A model generated the notes under the pieces. That model did not search any database. It was not told the origin of the DNA and saw only the letters and a program-made list of their open reading frames with translations. Positions 9,718-19,658 of a stretch of 64,000 nucleotides of DNA are shown here, piece by piece. A program made the position numbers and the translations under genes. Within the stretch, counting starts at the first letter, position 1; every line of letters begins with the position of its first letter. Origin of the DNA: Spirochaetia bacterium (GTDB lineage Bacteria > Spirochaetota > Spirochaetia > UBA9216); contig OY776510.1 of NCBI GenBank assembly GCA_963675665.1, forward strand, positions 2,688,001 through 2,752,000, given 5' to 3'.

Positions 9718-10404
9718 TTACTTATCTCTTGCTTTTCTAAGATCCTTTTTAAGCAGGTTAATTGTTTCCTTCATAATTTCGCTGGTCATCGCCTTGAATC
9801 CCTCGGACAGCTGTTCTTCATCAAGGTTATTCAAGCTTGCAATTGTTATTGCATTTCCGATAATATTGTCAACGCCGAAAAACCCCGGCGTAATTTGCCG
9901 ATCAACACTTACATGGCGCTGCCAGATAATTTTATTATCTTCAGGGTGATAAAAACGGGCGGTCATTGCAAAGGTCATTGCTACTTCGCCGCCGTATGAA
10001 TACGCTTCTATCCCATATTCCTTAACATCAATTTCAAGAATGATATCGGCATCGTAGAGATCTTCCGTCATTGTGCCGTCAAGGTACTTTACTATCCGGT
10101 CAAATGTCAGTTCGGCTGCGTATTCCGGAATATACAACCCGTCAAGGGCCCTGAGCATTTTCTCTTCAGCTTCAGCTGCCTCTCCGGCCTTCAGCAGGTT
10201 CGAGCCGAGCTGCACAGCCGCTAAAAGCTTGTCTTCGCCGAAATTCACTGGGGTGTAATCAATATAAACTGAAGGCTCCGGCGGTATCATCATGTCCATT
10301 GCAATTCGCTTTTCATAGATATTATATTCATGAAGGTTGTTTATTGTTGAACAACCGCTTAAAAGAATCAGCAATACCGTTACTGCGGCAATTGTCTTTT
10401 TCAT
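9718..10404 (-). CDS. Hypothetical lipoprotein
   Basis: Signal peptide with LSGC lipobox; SD AGGAG. Confidence 0.8.
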   Translation of the reverse strand: MKKTIAAVTVLLILLSGCSTINNLHEYNIYEKRIAMDMMIPPEPSVYIDYTPVNFGEDKLLAAVQLGSNLLKAGEAAEAEEKMLRALDGLYIPEYAAELTFDRIVKYLDGTMTEDLYDADIILEIDVKEYGIEAYSYGGEVAMTFAMTARFYHPEDNKIIWQRHVSVDRQITPGFFGVDNIIGNAITIASLNNLDEEQLSEGFKAMTSEIMKETINLLKKDLRKARDK

Positions 10405-10509
10405 TTATTTCTCCTGAAGCTGCGTATATATGTTATAACACAGTCGGGGCGGTGATTTGTTACTTTTTTATTGCTATTGAGCGTACTCTGTATTATTTTA
10501 TATATAGAT

Positions 10510-11127
10510 ATGAATGAATATAGTTTTCTCGCCGCTTCATATGATCTCCTTTTGAACCCTTTTTTAGCGGGTGTCCGCAAAAGGGTTGTAAATCTGGTAA
10601 AGGAACTGAATCCGGCAGGTATTGTGGATTTATGCTGCGGGACAGGACACCAGCTCAAGCTGCTGAAACAGGCCGGTTATGATAACCTGATTTGCATTGA
10701 TTTATCCGAAGATATGCTTCGAATTGCATCAAAAGGTCGTCACGCCCCTGAATGCCGGCTTAAAGATGCATCGAATACGGAAATACCTGATGAATCTGTT
10801 GAGCTTGTGATTGTTTCGCTGGCTCTTCATGAAAAGCCGCGTGATAAAGTTTTGGAAGTTATCAATGAAGCGCAACGAATCCTTAAACCGAACGGGAACC
10901 TGGTAGTCTGTGATTACACAGCCGACGGTACGCAGCCGTTCTATGCTTCGGGGTTTATCCGTTTTATCGAATTTATGGTAGGCGGCGAGCATTGGCTTAA
11001 TTACAAAGAGTATATGAAGTTCGGAGGTTTGGATAATCTGCGGAAAGATGTTCCGTTTGATCTCAGAACCCGGTATTCCGTCGCCGCAGGAGGAATAGCT
11101 GTTGAGCTTTGGAGCGTTAAAAAGTAG
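10510..11127 (+). CDS. Class I SAM-dependent methyltransferase (UbiE-like)
   Basis: 'VDLCCGTG', 'IDLSEDML', 'RILKPNG'. Confidence 0.87.
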   Translation: MNEYSFLAASYDLLLNPFLAGVRKRVVNLVKELNPAGIVDLCCGTGHQLKLLKQAGYDNLICIDLSEDMLRIASKGRHAPECRLKDASNTEIPDESVELVIVSLALHEKPRDKVLEVINEAQRILKPNGNLVVCDYTADGTQPFYASGFIRFIEFMVGGEHWLNYKEYMKFGGLDNLRKDVPFDLRTRYSVAAGGIAVELWSVKK

Positions 11128-11165
11128 GAAAGGCGGCTGCCGGACTCCGCTGTTTCCGGCGCTGT

Positions 11166-13157
11166 TTAATCTATTGCAAGGGCAGCAACATAATCTTTCA
11201 AGGCTTTTTCCGCATTAAGAAGTTCGGTCTGTTTTCCTGAAAGCTGTTCGTTAAGCTGCGAAAGTTCTTTTTCCTGAGAATCCAGCTGTCCGCTGTATTT
11301 AATAAACAGGTCGGATTCTTTATCCAGAACCTTCATGTTTTCCCTGATTCTGCTCTGATCGCGTATAATTCTGTTTATATTGCTGTTGAGACTGTTTATC
11401 TGCGTTCGGATGTTTTCGGATTCACTCTTTAATTCGGCAATACGACGCAACGCATTTTTCATTTCCAAAGATATACGGTCCCATTCAATGTAATAATCAA
11501 GTTCGGTTTTCTGGAAATTATACAGGGTGTACTGGCTGGCTATTGTGTATTCTTCGGTTACCCTGAAAGGTTTGTCCCATTCGGTCAGGCTGAACCGGAA
11601 CTCTCCGGTGTTTTCTTCTGCCGGTTCAGGGCTGTCGATCAATTCCCAGCCTGATTCACGCGGGTGTATTAACAGCAGCTCGTCTTCTTGCCCTGTAATC
11701 CGGTAAACAGTCGTTCTTTCCATTTTATCGGTGCGGTATAATATTCCATCGAGGATTTTCAGGGCGGTAATCCTCCTCGGCGAGGTTTCAGTCTGTTTAT
11801 CTACCTCCAGGGAACCGTGAACCGCATAGGTAATCAGCCGTTTGCTTTCGGGAATCATTTCCGGAAGCATGGCATCGCCCCCGTAGTACCGGCCTTCAAG
11901 AACAGTCGCCGGACCAGCCGACCATTGCGCCCCGGAAAGGTTGGAAAGCATTATTCCCTTGAACACAAGGTTATATGACGGGTCGTAGACACCGAGAGAT
12001 TTGCCTGCATTTTCATACTGGATTATCGGTATCATTGCTGAAGACCTGGCATCAACCGTGACCGGGTGTTTTACATCGTAGCGGTAAAAATTCCCGCTTT
12101 TTACAGCGGCTGCCTGTGAAGTTACCGGCGGCGGGGAATAGGATTCTTCTTCAGCCAAATCAAAGAAGCTTTCGGACATTGCAGCCGACGGGATATCATA
12201 AGCCTGCCGGCTTGAAGGCGCCGGCTCCGGGGCATATGCCTTTTCGTATACAGTAGAGCCTATCGGTTTTTGTGCAGCTGTGCTTACCGATTCTCTGGTT
12301 ACATAACGCGGGGTAGCAAGATCCATGGTAAATGCGTTGGGCATGCCGGCAACAAAACCCAGACTGACGTCCGTCCAGGCTGAGCTTCCGGTGTTCTGGA
12401 CTATTGCCCAGCCTTCAAGCCGGGGGACCCCTGATTCATCAAGTACAATCCGGTAACTTGTTTTCCACAGCGGTACGGAACGGATGTAACTGAGTCTGAT
12501 CCTTCGTTCTCCGTTGCCTGTGAATGATATTTTAAGGGTCCGGACAGATTTCATTCTTGAGGCGGCAATTTTTTCAAGCGCTGTCGACAATTCCTGCTGA
12601 AGAGCAGGGTCGGCAAAGCGGAGAGTTTTCAGCCTTGTAATATCAATGGAGTTTAACCCGAAGCTGTTCATGAGATTTAGAATTACACGCTGTCCATCAT
12701 CGGTTTGCTGTTTTTCAACGCTGAATATCCGGCCTTCAAGTTCATTGTCGTCAGTAGCGGCAATAATCCATTCACCCTGGGTCCGTTGCAAAAAATCGGC
12801 CAGCGGCGGAGACCCGGCAGGGTTGATTCGCAGATCTCCCAGAACAATATTCAGAGGATCAGAACTGTCGAAGTTCACTACCTCGACAGTGCCGCCGTCA
12901 AGATCTTCAATAACCAGGCTTTTCAGAATATCATTGATATCTTTCGGTTCCACCGGAAACATAAGCAGTTCGTTACCAGTGACGGTTGTTTCATGCACCA
13001 TATGTGCGAGTCCGGCCGAGTAGAGGGTGACCCTTGTTACCGGCAGATTCTCCGACGGCAAAGATGAACCGGAAAGCTCTGATATTCCTTCTCCCGAACT
13101 GAATACGGGCAGCGCCAGTAATAAAAATATCGACATATATACTGATATTCTGTTCAT
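11166..13157 (-). CDS. DUF4139/DUF4140-like exported protein with C-terminal coiled coil
   Basis: 'LPVTRVTLYSAG', 'DINDILKSL', 'PLWKTSYR', 'GWAIVQNT'; signal peptide. Confidence 0.75.
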   Translation of the reverse strand: MNRISVYMSIFLLLALPVFSSGEGISELSGSSLPSENLPVTRVTLYSAGLAHMVHETTVTGNELLMFPVEPKDINDILKSLVIEDLDGGTVEVVNFDSSDPLNIVLGDLRINPAGSPPLADFLQRTQGEWIIAATDDNELEGRIFSVEKQQTDDGQRVILNLMNSFGLNSIDITRLKTLRFADPALQQELSTALEKIAASRMKSVRTLKISFTGNGERRIRLSYIRSVPLWKTSYRIVLDESGVPRLEGWAIVQNTGSSAWTDVSLGFVAGMPNAFTMDLATPRYVTRESVSTAAQKPIGSTVYEKAYAPEPAPSSRQAYDIPSAAMSESFFDLAEEESYSPPPVTSQAAAVKSGNFYRYDVKHPVTVDARSSAMIPIIQYENAGKSLGVYDPSYNLVFKGIMLSNLSGAQWSAGPATVLEGRYYGGDAMLPEMIPESKRLITYAVHGSLEVDKQTETSPRRITALKILDGILYRTDKMERTTVYRITGQEDELLLIHPRESGWELIDSPEPAEENTGEFRFSLTEWDKPFRVTEEYTIASQYTLYNFQKTELDYYIEWDRISLEMKNALRRIAELKSESENIRTQINSLNSNINRIIRDQSRIRENMKVLDKESDLFIKYSGQLDSQEKELSQLNEQLSGKQTELLNAEKALKDYVAALAID

Positions 13158-13200
13158 AGTTTCAGAATACCACGGCAGCCGGCCGGAATCCAGCATTCTT

Positions 13201-14670
13201 TTACGCTGAGGTTCTGCATTCTTCCAGTTTTTTCCTTGCGATTTTCGGATTGCTTATTACACCCGGGCCGCAGATACAGCCCCCCTCGCAGGACATTACC
13301 TCTATCATATTGTAATTCAGCCTGCCGGCTGATGCAGTCTTAAGCAGGTTGAAATTCTTTTTGGATAAACCGTCGACAGACAAAGGGCGGAATTCTTTGC
13401 GCAGCCCGGCAGATATCCCTGCCGTTACAGCCTCCGACACACCTCCTGAGGCGGCAAATCCCCTTGCCTGAAACAGGCTGTCGGTAATACAGTTGTCGGC
13501 GTTGCAGAAATTTTCTTCTTCGCATTCGTTTACCTCTATACCGAGGGCAATAAAAAAGGCGCCGAGCTCCTCAAAGCTAAGTACATAATCAACCGAGCCG
13601 TCGCGAAGGGCTTCGTTCTTTTTGGCTGTGCAGGGACCGATGAATACTATGGGTGCGTTCGGGAAAACGGCTGCAGCCTCCCGGGCCGTATAGTACATAG
13701 GCGTGCCTGTTCGGGATACATGCTTTTTCATTTCGGGAATATGTTTTTCAGCAGTTTCAATCCAGGCCGGGCAGCATGATGTAGTCATCAGGAAGTTTCC
13801 GCCGATGCTGCGGGCTTCTTCCTCCCGTTCGGAGAATTCGGCAGCCTCCAGTTCAGCAGTTTTTGCAGCCCCGGAAGCAACGTCAAAGACAGCCCTGAAA
13901 CCGGCCTTTTTGACCGCCGCAGCAAGCTGTCCGAGACTGCCTGGAAATTGTCCGATAGCCGACGGAGCAAGCAGGGCGACTGCCGGTTTATCTTTTTTGA
14001 GTATTGATGCAACATCAATTATCTGGCTGCGTTCCATTACTGCCCCGAAGGGGCATGAGCGGCTGCACCTGCCGCAGGAGATGCATTTTTTGTAATCAAT
14101 AAACATGCTTCCGTTTTCATCGCGGCTGATCGCTCCGACGGGACAGTTTTCTTCACAGGGGACAGGGATATGAACAATAGCGTTATACGGACACAGTTCG
14201 AGGCATTTACCGCAATTCCGGCAGAGATCCCGGTTTATAACAGCTTTGCCGTTGATGAAAGTAATTGCATCAAACGGGCAGTTTGTCCGGCAGGGTCGGG
14301 CCAGGCAACCCCGGCACGCATCAGTCACCTTGTAGGAAACGCGCTCGCAGGAGCTGCATGCTGTATCGAGAACCGTCATAACCGGTTTTGAAATTTCGGG
14401 CCGGTTGAGAGCCTCTTCAAGGTATTTTCCGAGGGGTTTGAATTCATCATCCTCCTGCTCAATACTGATTCCGAGGAGCGCCATAATCCTGTAACGGGTC
14501 ATTGCCCTGTCCCGGTAAATGCAGCATCGGTAAGATGCGTTTTTGCGCGGATTCATTTCTATCGGTAATTTGTCTATTGTTTCCTTAAGATTTCCGTAGA
14601 AAAAAGATTTCAAAAGCCTGACCGTCAGCTCCTTTCTAAGGTAATTGCTCTGGTTATTCATTGTCAGCAT
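13201..14670 (-). CDS. Monomeric [FeFe]-hydrogenase (group B / HfsD-like) with ferredoxin modules
   Basis: H-cluster motifs TTSCCPAW, FIGPCTAKKNE, EVMSCEGGCICG; three CxxCxxC-type motifs. Confidence 0.88.
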   Translation of the reverse strand: MLTMNNQSNYLRKELTVRLLKSFFYGNLKETIDKLPIEMNPRKNASYRCCIYRDRAMTRYRIMALLGISIEQEDDEFKPLGKYLEEALNRPEISKPVMTVLDTACSSCERVSYKVTDACRGCLARPCRTNCPFDAITFINGKAVINRDLCRNCGKCLELCPYNAIVHIPVPCEENCPVGAISRDENGSMFIDYKKCISCGRCSRSCPFGAVMERSQIIDVASILKKDKPAVALLAPSAIGQFPGSLGQLAAAVKKAGFRAVFDVASGAAKTAELEAAEFSEREEEARSIGGNFLMTTSCCPAWIETAEKHIPEMKKHVSRTGTPMYYTAREAAAVFPNAPIVFIGPCTAKKNEALRDGSVDYVLSFEELGAFFIALGIEVNECEEENFCNADNCITDSLFQARGFAASGGVSEAVTAGISAGLRKEFRPLSVDGLSKKNFNLLKTASAGRLNYNMIEVMSCEGGCICGPGVISNPKIARKKLEECRTSA

Positions 14671-14944
14671 AACTCAAGCCCCCTGTTTTGGCTTTTATAA
14701 TTTCAAGCACTTTTTCCAAATCCGCCTGCGAAATGATTTCACCGTCGATTTCAACAAATGGAGGTTTCAGCTTTTTATCTCTGCAGAATCCCAGGCATGT
14801 TGCCCCCGATATCCTTATTGAGTTTCTGTTAATGCCGGGAATATAGTCTTCAAGAGTCAGCAGGTCCGATGCCCCCATGACATAACATGTTGTTCCCGTG
14901 CAAATCCTGATATTTATTAAATCGTTATTGTTCTTGTCTTCCAT
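14654..14944 (-). CDS. Thioredoxin-like [2Fe-2S] ferredoxin (NuoE-like)
   Basis: 'ICTGTTCYVMG' and 'CLGFC'; SD AGGAG. Confidence 0.85.
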   Translation of the reverse strand: MEDKNNNDLINIRICTGTTCYVMGASDLLTLEDYIPGINRNSIRISGATCLGFCRDKKLKPPFVEIDGEIISQADLEKVLEIIKAKTGGLSYADNE

Positions 14945-14970
14945 ATCTTTTCTCCTGCAGAATTTCAATT

Positions 14971-16152
14971 CTATATATATTCAAGAAACGTTTTTTTCAG
15001 ATACTTTTCCTCGAGAGTTTTTTTTATTCTGTTGACTATTGTTCTTCTGAGTCCGATTTCAACCGGGATACTCGGATCCTGATGGGCCTCATTTATCTTC
15101 GTCCCAATCATAAAATGCACCTCGTCCGAATCCATGAAAAGAGCAATCAGGCGCTTAACCGCATTGTTCCGCATGCTGTTCCAGCTGTCTTTGACTTCGA
15201 GATACTCCGAAGTCCGGGACAATGTAAGAATACCCTCCGTAACAAGATCCGCCCCTTGCATTCTTGATGTCGGCGGGATCTCTGCCGTGCGTTCCCGGAT
15301 ATCGGTTTCAATTGCAGCTCCGAGTCTGTTCGAGATTATCCGGGCAGTTGTTCCCCCGCAGATAATTTTCCTTCCGTTGAAGTTTTTGTAACCCTCAAAA
15401 AGAAGCTCATCATTTGCAGGGTCAACCGGGGGGCCGGAAAGAACAAGAAGTTTTCTTGGCTTTCTCGGGTATATGACGGCGCAGGTTATATCGTCCTTTG
15501 CTTTCTGGATATCATTTATAAATGCCCTGGCGACTATTTTGCGCGAGAGTTCTCCTGCGGAAATATGTTTTTTATTTTTAACCGCATTGATTATAAAATT
15601 TTCTATTGCCGGCTGGCGCCATCCCAGCGGGAATTCGGATGTCCCTATTCCCGACTGTGATACGCCGTCGCTGAAGAAAACCAGCCTGTCTTCATCCTGA
15701 AGATTGAATATGCTGTGTTTCAGGCATTCCCTGCGCCCGGGAAAGCGGTTTTCGAGGGGTATGGTTTCGAATGAAGGTTTTACAATCGCCCCGTTTCGAA
15801 GCAGGATGAACGGAGGATTATCATATTCTATTATTCCGGTTCGGCCCGATGGGTCGATATCAACCATGGTGAATGTTGAGTAGCTGATTTTTCTTTCGCT
15901 GCATATGGGAAGGGTCTTCATTATTACCCTTGCAGATTCTATAATATCCATTTTGGAACTTGTGAATTTCTGCCCCATGGAGGCGGTAAGATTTGCCAGC
16001 ACATTAGCTTTTACCCCGCTGCCGAGACCGTCGGAAAGGGTGCAGATTACGCGTCCCTCTGTTTTGTCGCGCGAGAGAAGAAACACATCTCCGGCTATTC
16101 TTTCGCCGTGTTTGCAGTTCTGATAGTAATCAACTTCAATAAACCCGTTCAT
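14971..16152 (-). CDS. SpoIIE/PP2C-family Ser/Thr phosphatase (HfsC-like)
   Basis: 'LSDGLGSGVKA', 'SYSTFT', 'FSDGV', 'KDDIT', 'ICGGTTA'. Confidence 0.88.
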   Translation of the reverse strand: MNGFIEVDYYQNCKHGERIAGDVFLLSRDKTEGRVICTLSDGLGSGVKANVLANLTASMGQKFTSSKMDIIESARVIMKTLPICSERKISYSTFTMVDIDPSGRTGIIEYDNPPFILLRNGAIVKPSFETIPLENRFPGRRECLKHSIFNLQDEDRLVFFSDGVSQSGIGTSEFPLGWRQPAIENFIINAVKNKKHISAGELSRKIVARAFINDIQKAKDDITCAVIYPRKPRKLLVLSGPPVDPANDELLFEGYKNFNGRKIICGGTTARIISNRLGAAIETDIRERTAEIPPTSRMQGADLVTEGILTLSRTSEYLEVKDSWNSMRNNAVKRLIALFMDSDEVHFMIGTKINEAHQDPSIPVEIGLRRTIVNRIKKTLEEKYLKKTFLEYI

Positions 16153-17870
16153 CTGTCGGAGCCTGCATCGTTATAGGATTCAATCAGAGAGCTGAGAATA
16201 AGCTGTGTTTCCGCGGCATTTTCGCCCAGCAGCGACGCAATCTGCTGGACACTGTTGAGGCTTTTTTCAATAACCTCTTCCGTTTTTTTTATAATAGTTT
16301 CCTTTCGGACAGCGGGAGAGGTGATGTCCTGAAATACAGCGCCGGCCATTCCTTCGTCGCCTATTCGGAACACAAACGCCCTGTAGATTCTGTCTGAAAA
16401 ACGTATCCGGTCTTCAATCATGTTCAGTGCGGAGACCCTGATTCTGTTGAACAGGCTGCATTCGGGAATAAAACTTTCAAGAGCAAGTCCTTCAACATGT
16501 TCGCGAATCCTGTCGTTCATTTCCTGATCAACATCGGAAAACAAGCTCAGGAATTTTGAATTACACTCAAGAATCCTGTTGTTACGGTCGGTAATGACTG
16601 CTCCGAGCGGCAGGGCTCTCATAAGCGCGTTGCTCTTCTTTTCAGCAAGTTTGCGCATGTTGGTAACGCACATGGAGGGTTCTGCTTTGCCGTCAAGAAG
16701 CGCTGTTGCAAAGTCGCGACAGGTATTATATCCGCATCCTCCGCAGTTAAGCTCATCTTCCTTTCCTGTTTTGTTTAACGATATAAGTACATCAGTAAGC
16801 TGTTCTTCCGAATATAAAGCAACGGTAACCGAATCGGGATAAAAGGATTTTTTTACTCTGCTGCAGCTGACGGATCTGTTCCCGGCAGATAACATCTGTT
16901 TTTGCCGGTAATAATTCAGAATATTGATTCTTTTCACCAAATGCCCTGCAGAAGAAGTCATTCCCTTCCCGGATATGCAGCCGCCCTCGCAGGCAAGATA
17001 TTCCAGAAACATACCATTACCTTCGCCGCTTTGTGTAACATGGAGAATATCATCAAATGAGTTGATAATATTTTTTATTCCGGAACAGCTGACAAGTTCA
17101 GGATCGATTACCGACGTATTGTTTCGTATCGTATTCAGCATGCCGCCTTCAACTGCAAACTCGGAAGCAGTGATTGTATCAGACGGTATAAAATCGACGC
17201 CGTTTTCAGAAATTTCAGAAAGGCTGATCCCTTTCTCATCCAGAAGTTCCCGAAGTTCTTTAAAGGTGACAGCAAGATCAACAGGACTGTCGTCGTCATC
17301 AGCTTCCAGTTTCTTGGCGATACAAGGGCCTATAAAAACAACTTTGATCTCGTTGCCGTATGTCTCTTTGAGATAAGCGGCATGCGCCTGAAGAGGAGAA
17401 ACAAGATCCGTTATAAATTCCGTCAGTTCGGGTTTGTATTTTCTTATGAGTTCGTTCACTGTCGGACAGGCGGAAGATATCAGCATCTTATTTTCAAAAT
17501 TTCTCTCAGCAATTTGTCTGCCGATAATTTCAGCGCCTATTGCTGTTTCAGATACGGCTGAGAATCCCAGCTTGAGCAAGGCTGATATCAATGCCTTCGG
17601 TGAACAATTAAATTCCGCAGGAAAAGAAGGCGCCAGAGATACAAACACCCTTTTGTTAAGTTTTATCAGTTGCTTAAGTCTTGCTGTATCCGAACGAAGC
17701 TTTTTGGCATTAACAGGGCAGACTTCAATGCATTTTCCGCAGAAAATACACAGTTCATGCATAACCACTGCACTTCCGTTATTCACACTAATTGCTTTAA
17801 CAGGACATTGACGAACACATTTATAACAGTCTCTGCAGATGGTTTTTTCAGTATATATGGGAGATTTCAA
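16149..17870 (-). CDS. hydS: Sensory [FeFe]-hydrogenase with FeS and PAS domains (HydS/HfsB, group C)
   Basis: N-terminal 2x[4Fe-4S]; ISSACP, FIGPCIAKK, YLACEGGCISG; 'LNCGGCGYNTCR'; C-terminal PAS and 'VQQIASLLGE'. Confidence 0.87.
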   Translation of the reverse strand: MKSPIYTEKTICRDCYKCVRQCPVKAISVNNGSAVVMHELCIFCGKCIEVCPVNAKKLRSDTARLKQLIKLNKRVFVSLAPSFPAEFNCSPKALISALLKLGFSAVSETAIGAEIIGRQIAERNFENKMLISSACPTVNELIRKYKPELTEFITDLVSPLQAHAAYLKETYGNEIKVVFIGPCIAKKLEADDDDSPVDLAVTFKELRELLDEKGISLSEISENGVDFIPSDTITASEFAVEGGMLNTIRNNTSVIDPELVSCSGIKNIINSFDDILHVTQSGEGNGMFLEYLACEGGCISGKGMTSSAGHLVKRINILNYYRQKQMLSAGNRSVSCSRVKKSFYPDSVTVALYSEEQLTDVLISLNKTGKEDELNCGGCGYNTCRDFATALLDGKAEPSMCVTNMRKLAEKKSNALMRALPLGAVITDRNNRILECNSKFLSLFSDVDQEMNDRIREHVEGLALESFIPECSLFNRIRVSALNMIEDRIRFSDRIYRAFVFRIGDEGMAGAVFQDITSPAVRKETIIKKTEEVIEKSLNSVQQIASLLGENAAETQLILSSLIESYNDAGSDR

Positions 17871-17871
17871 G

Positions 17872-18117
17872 TTACTTTACCTTCAGATAGTGTTTAATCA
17901 AGTCTATTACGCATTCAGGATCGCATTTTTCATGCAAAATGCCGTTAACAATTATATTTGGACCGTTAGAACAATTGCACAGGCACAGCTTTCCGGACAG
18001 TTCTATTTCTTTTTCAAGATCATTTTTACTGATGTACGATTCCGCCAGTTCCAGTGCCCTTGAATTGCCACGTGAATAGCATGAGCTTCCCATGCATATT
18101 TCAATTCTGATCATCAT
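17872..18117 (-). CDS. Thioredoxin-like [2Fe-2S] ferredoxin (HfsA-like)
   Basis: 'ICMGSSCYSRGN', 'LCLCNCSNGP'. Confidence 0.87.
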   Translation of the reverse strand: MMIRIEICMGSSCYSRGNSRALELAESYISKNDLEKEIELSGKLCLCNCSNGPNIIVNGILHEKCDPECVIDLIKHYLKVK

Positions 18118-18128
18118 AAACCCCTATT

Positions 18129-18201
18129 AAGATAAAAATATATCTATATGATGCAATTTATACAATCGGGGGTATTGTGTCAATAGATAAAATTATATCT
18201 A
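18129..18201. promoter_or_regulatory. Two copies of palindromic site AGATA-N6-TATCT flanking the hydrogenase-cluster promoter
   Basis: AAGATAAAAATATATCTA (18129-18146) and TAGATAAAATTATATCTA (18184-18201); minus-strand TTGACA at 18183-18178. Confidence 0.6.
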
Positions 18202-18369
18202 AATAAAAAATCCGGTAAAAAAGCTGGTCCGGAACGGCTCATGAGTATGATTTTGTTTATGTAAAAAAGAGCTAATAATTTTTATCTATTATTAAAAATA
18301 TAATAAAAAAGTGTAAAAATACTAAATAAAGAAGAAAAATGGAAAACAGATAAAATATCAAAAAACACC

Positions 18370-18398
18370 TTGACATAATATTGAACAGAGTACATAAT
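18370..18398 (+). promoter_or_regulatory. Sigma70 promoter of Fe-ADH operon
   Basis: TTGACA-N17-CATAAT. Confidence 0.75.
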
Positions 18399-18471
18399 TA
18401 ATTCCATCTTTTATAAATTATATCTAACATATTGATTTTAAAGATAAAATATAAAACGCAAGGGGAAAATA

Positions 18472-19653
18472 ATGAAATCTTTTGAATTTAGTGTTCCAAC
18501 ATCAGTTTATTTCGGTGCCGGTGAAGTCGAACGAGTGGCTGAACTTGCCCCTACACTTGGAAAGAAAGCTATGTTGCTTGCAGCCGAGGGAACAATGAGA
18601 GAATTGGGTTTTCTGGATCGTGTTGAGAAGCTTTTAAAGAAAGGCGGTATTACCGTTGTAGTATCGGACGATGTTAAATCAAACCCCCGCGACAAGGATA
18701 TAAACAGGCAGACCGAACAATTTTTAAAGGAAGGATGTGATTTTACTGTAGGACTAGGCGGAGGCAGCGCCATGGATTCGGCAAAAGCTGTGTCTTTTCT
18801 TGCTGCGCAGGGCGGTGGAAATATCCGTGACTATCTTGCCGGGGGCGCAAACCCGGAAATGAAAGGCTGCAAGGATGCTCTCAGGTGTATGGTTATTACA
18901 ACTACTGCCGGCACCGGATCGGAGACAACCCCATGGTGGGTCATAACAAATACCGATGACCATGAGAAACCGGGTACCGGGAACGATTCGACGATAGCTG
19001 AAATTGCTATTGTAGATCCTGAGCTTATGCTTACTATACCCACGTCAATAACAAAAAGCACCGGGATTGACGTCCTGTTTCACGCAATGGAAGCTTTTTT
19101 GGCAAATATAGCAACACCGTTTACTGATTTGCTGTCCAGAGAGGCAATGAAGATTGTTGTTGAAAATCTGGGAATTGTTATCGAAGACGGAAACAACCTT
19201 GAAGCCCGCTCTCAGATGGCCTGGGCAAATACTATAGCGGGGATAGCGATCGGTGAAGGCAAGTCGTCAACAGTCGGTATACATGCTCTCGGTCATTCCA
19301 TCGGCGGCCAGACCGATGCTCCGCACGGACTTACAATGGCGGCAATCGGCCCGGCATATATGAGAAAAACCTGGGATGCGGATATTGCGCGTTATGCCGA
19401 GGTTACAAGAATACTTGGATACGCAGAAAGTGGTATGAGTGATGAAAAGCTTGCAGAAAAAAGTGCGGAAGCTCTTGAGAAAACTCTCGTAAAATTCGGT
19501 TGTCGGGTGAGCATGAAGGATCTCGGTGTTAAAGAGGAAATGATTGAACCCATGACTGATTCGGTATTCAAGACAATGGTCGGCTGTCTTGACTGCAGTC
19601 TGAAAGCCCTTGTTCGTAAAGATGTAGTACAGCTCTATAAAGATTCGCTTTAA
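18472..19653 (+). CDS. Iron-containing alcohol dehydrogenase
   Basis: 'GLGGGSAMDSAK', 'TTAGTGSE', 'DVLFHAME', 'HALGH', 'PHG'. Confidence 0.93.
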   Translation: MKSFEFSVPTSVYFGAGEVERVAELAPTLGKKAMLLAAEGTMRELGFLDRVEKLLKKGGITVVVSDDVKSNPRDKDINRQTEQFLKEGCDFTVGLGGGSAMDSAKAVSFLAAQGGGNIRDYLAGGANPEMKGCKDALRCMVITTTAGTGSETTPWWVITNTDDHEKPGTGNDSTIAEIAIVDPELMLTIPTSITKSTGIDVLFHAMEAFLANIATPFTDLLSREAMKIVVENLGIVIEDGNNLEARSQMAWANTIAGIAIGEGKSSTVGIHALGHSIGGQTDAPHGLTMAAIGPAYMRKTWDADIARYAEVTRILGYAESGMSDEKLAEKSAEALEKTLVKFGCRVSMKDLGVKEEMIEPMTDSVFKTMVGCLDCSLKALVRKDVVQLYKDSL

Positions 19654-19658
19654 AGCTT

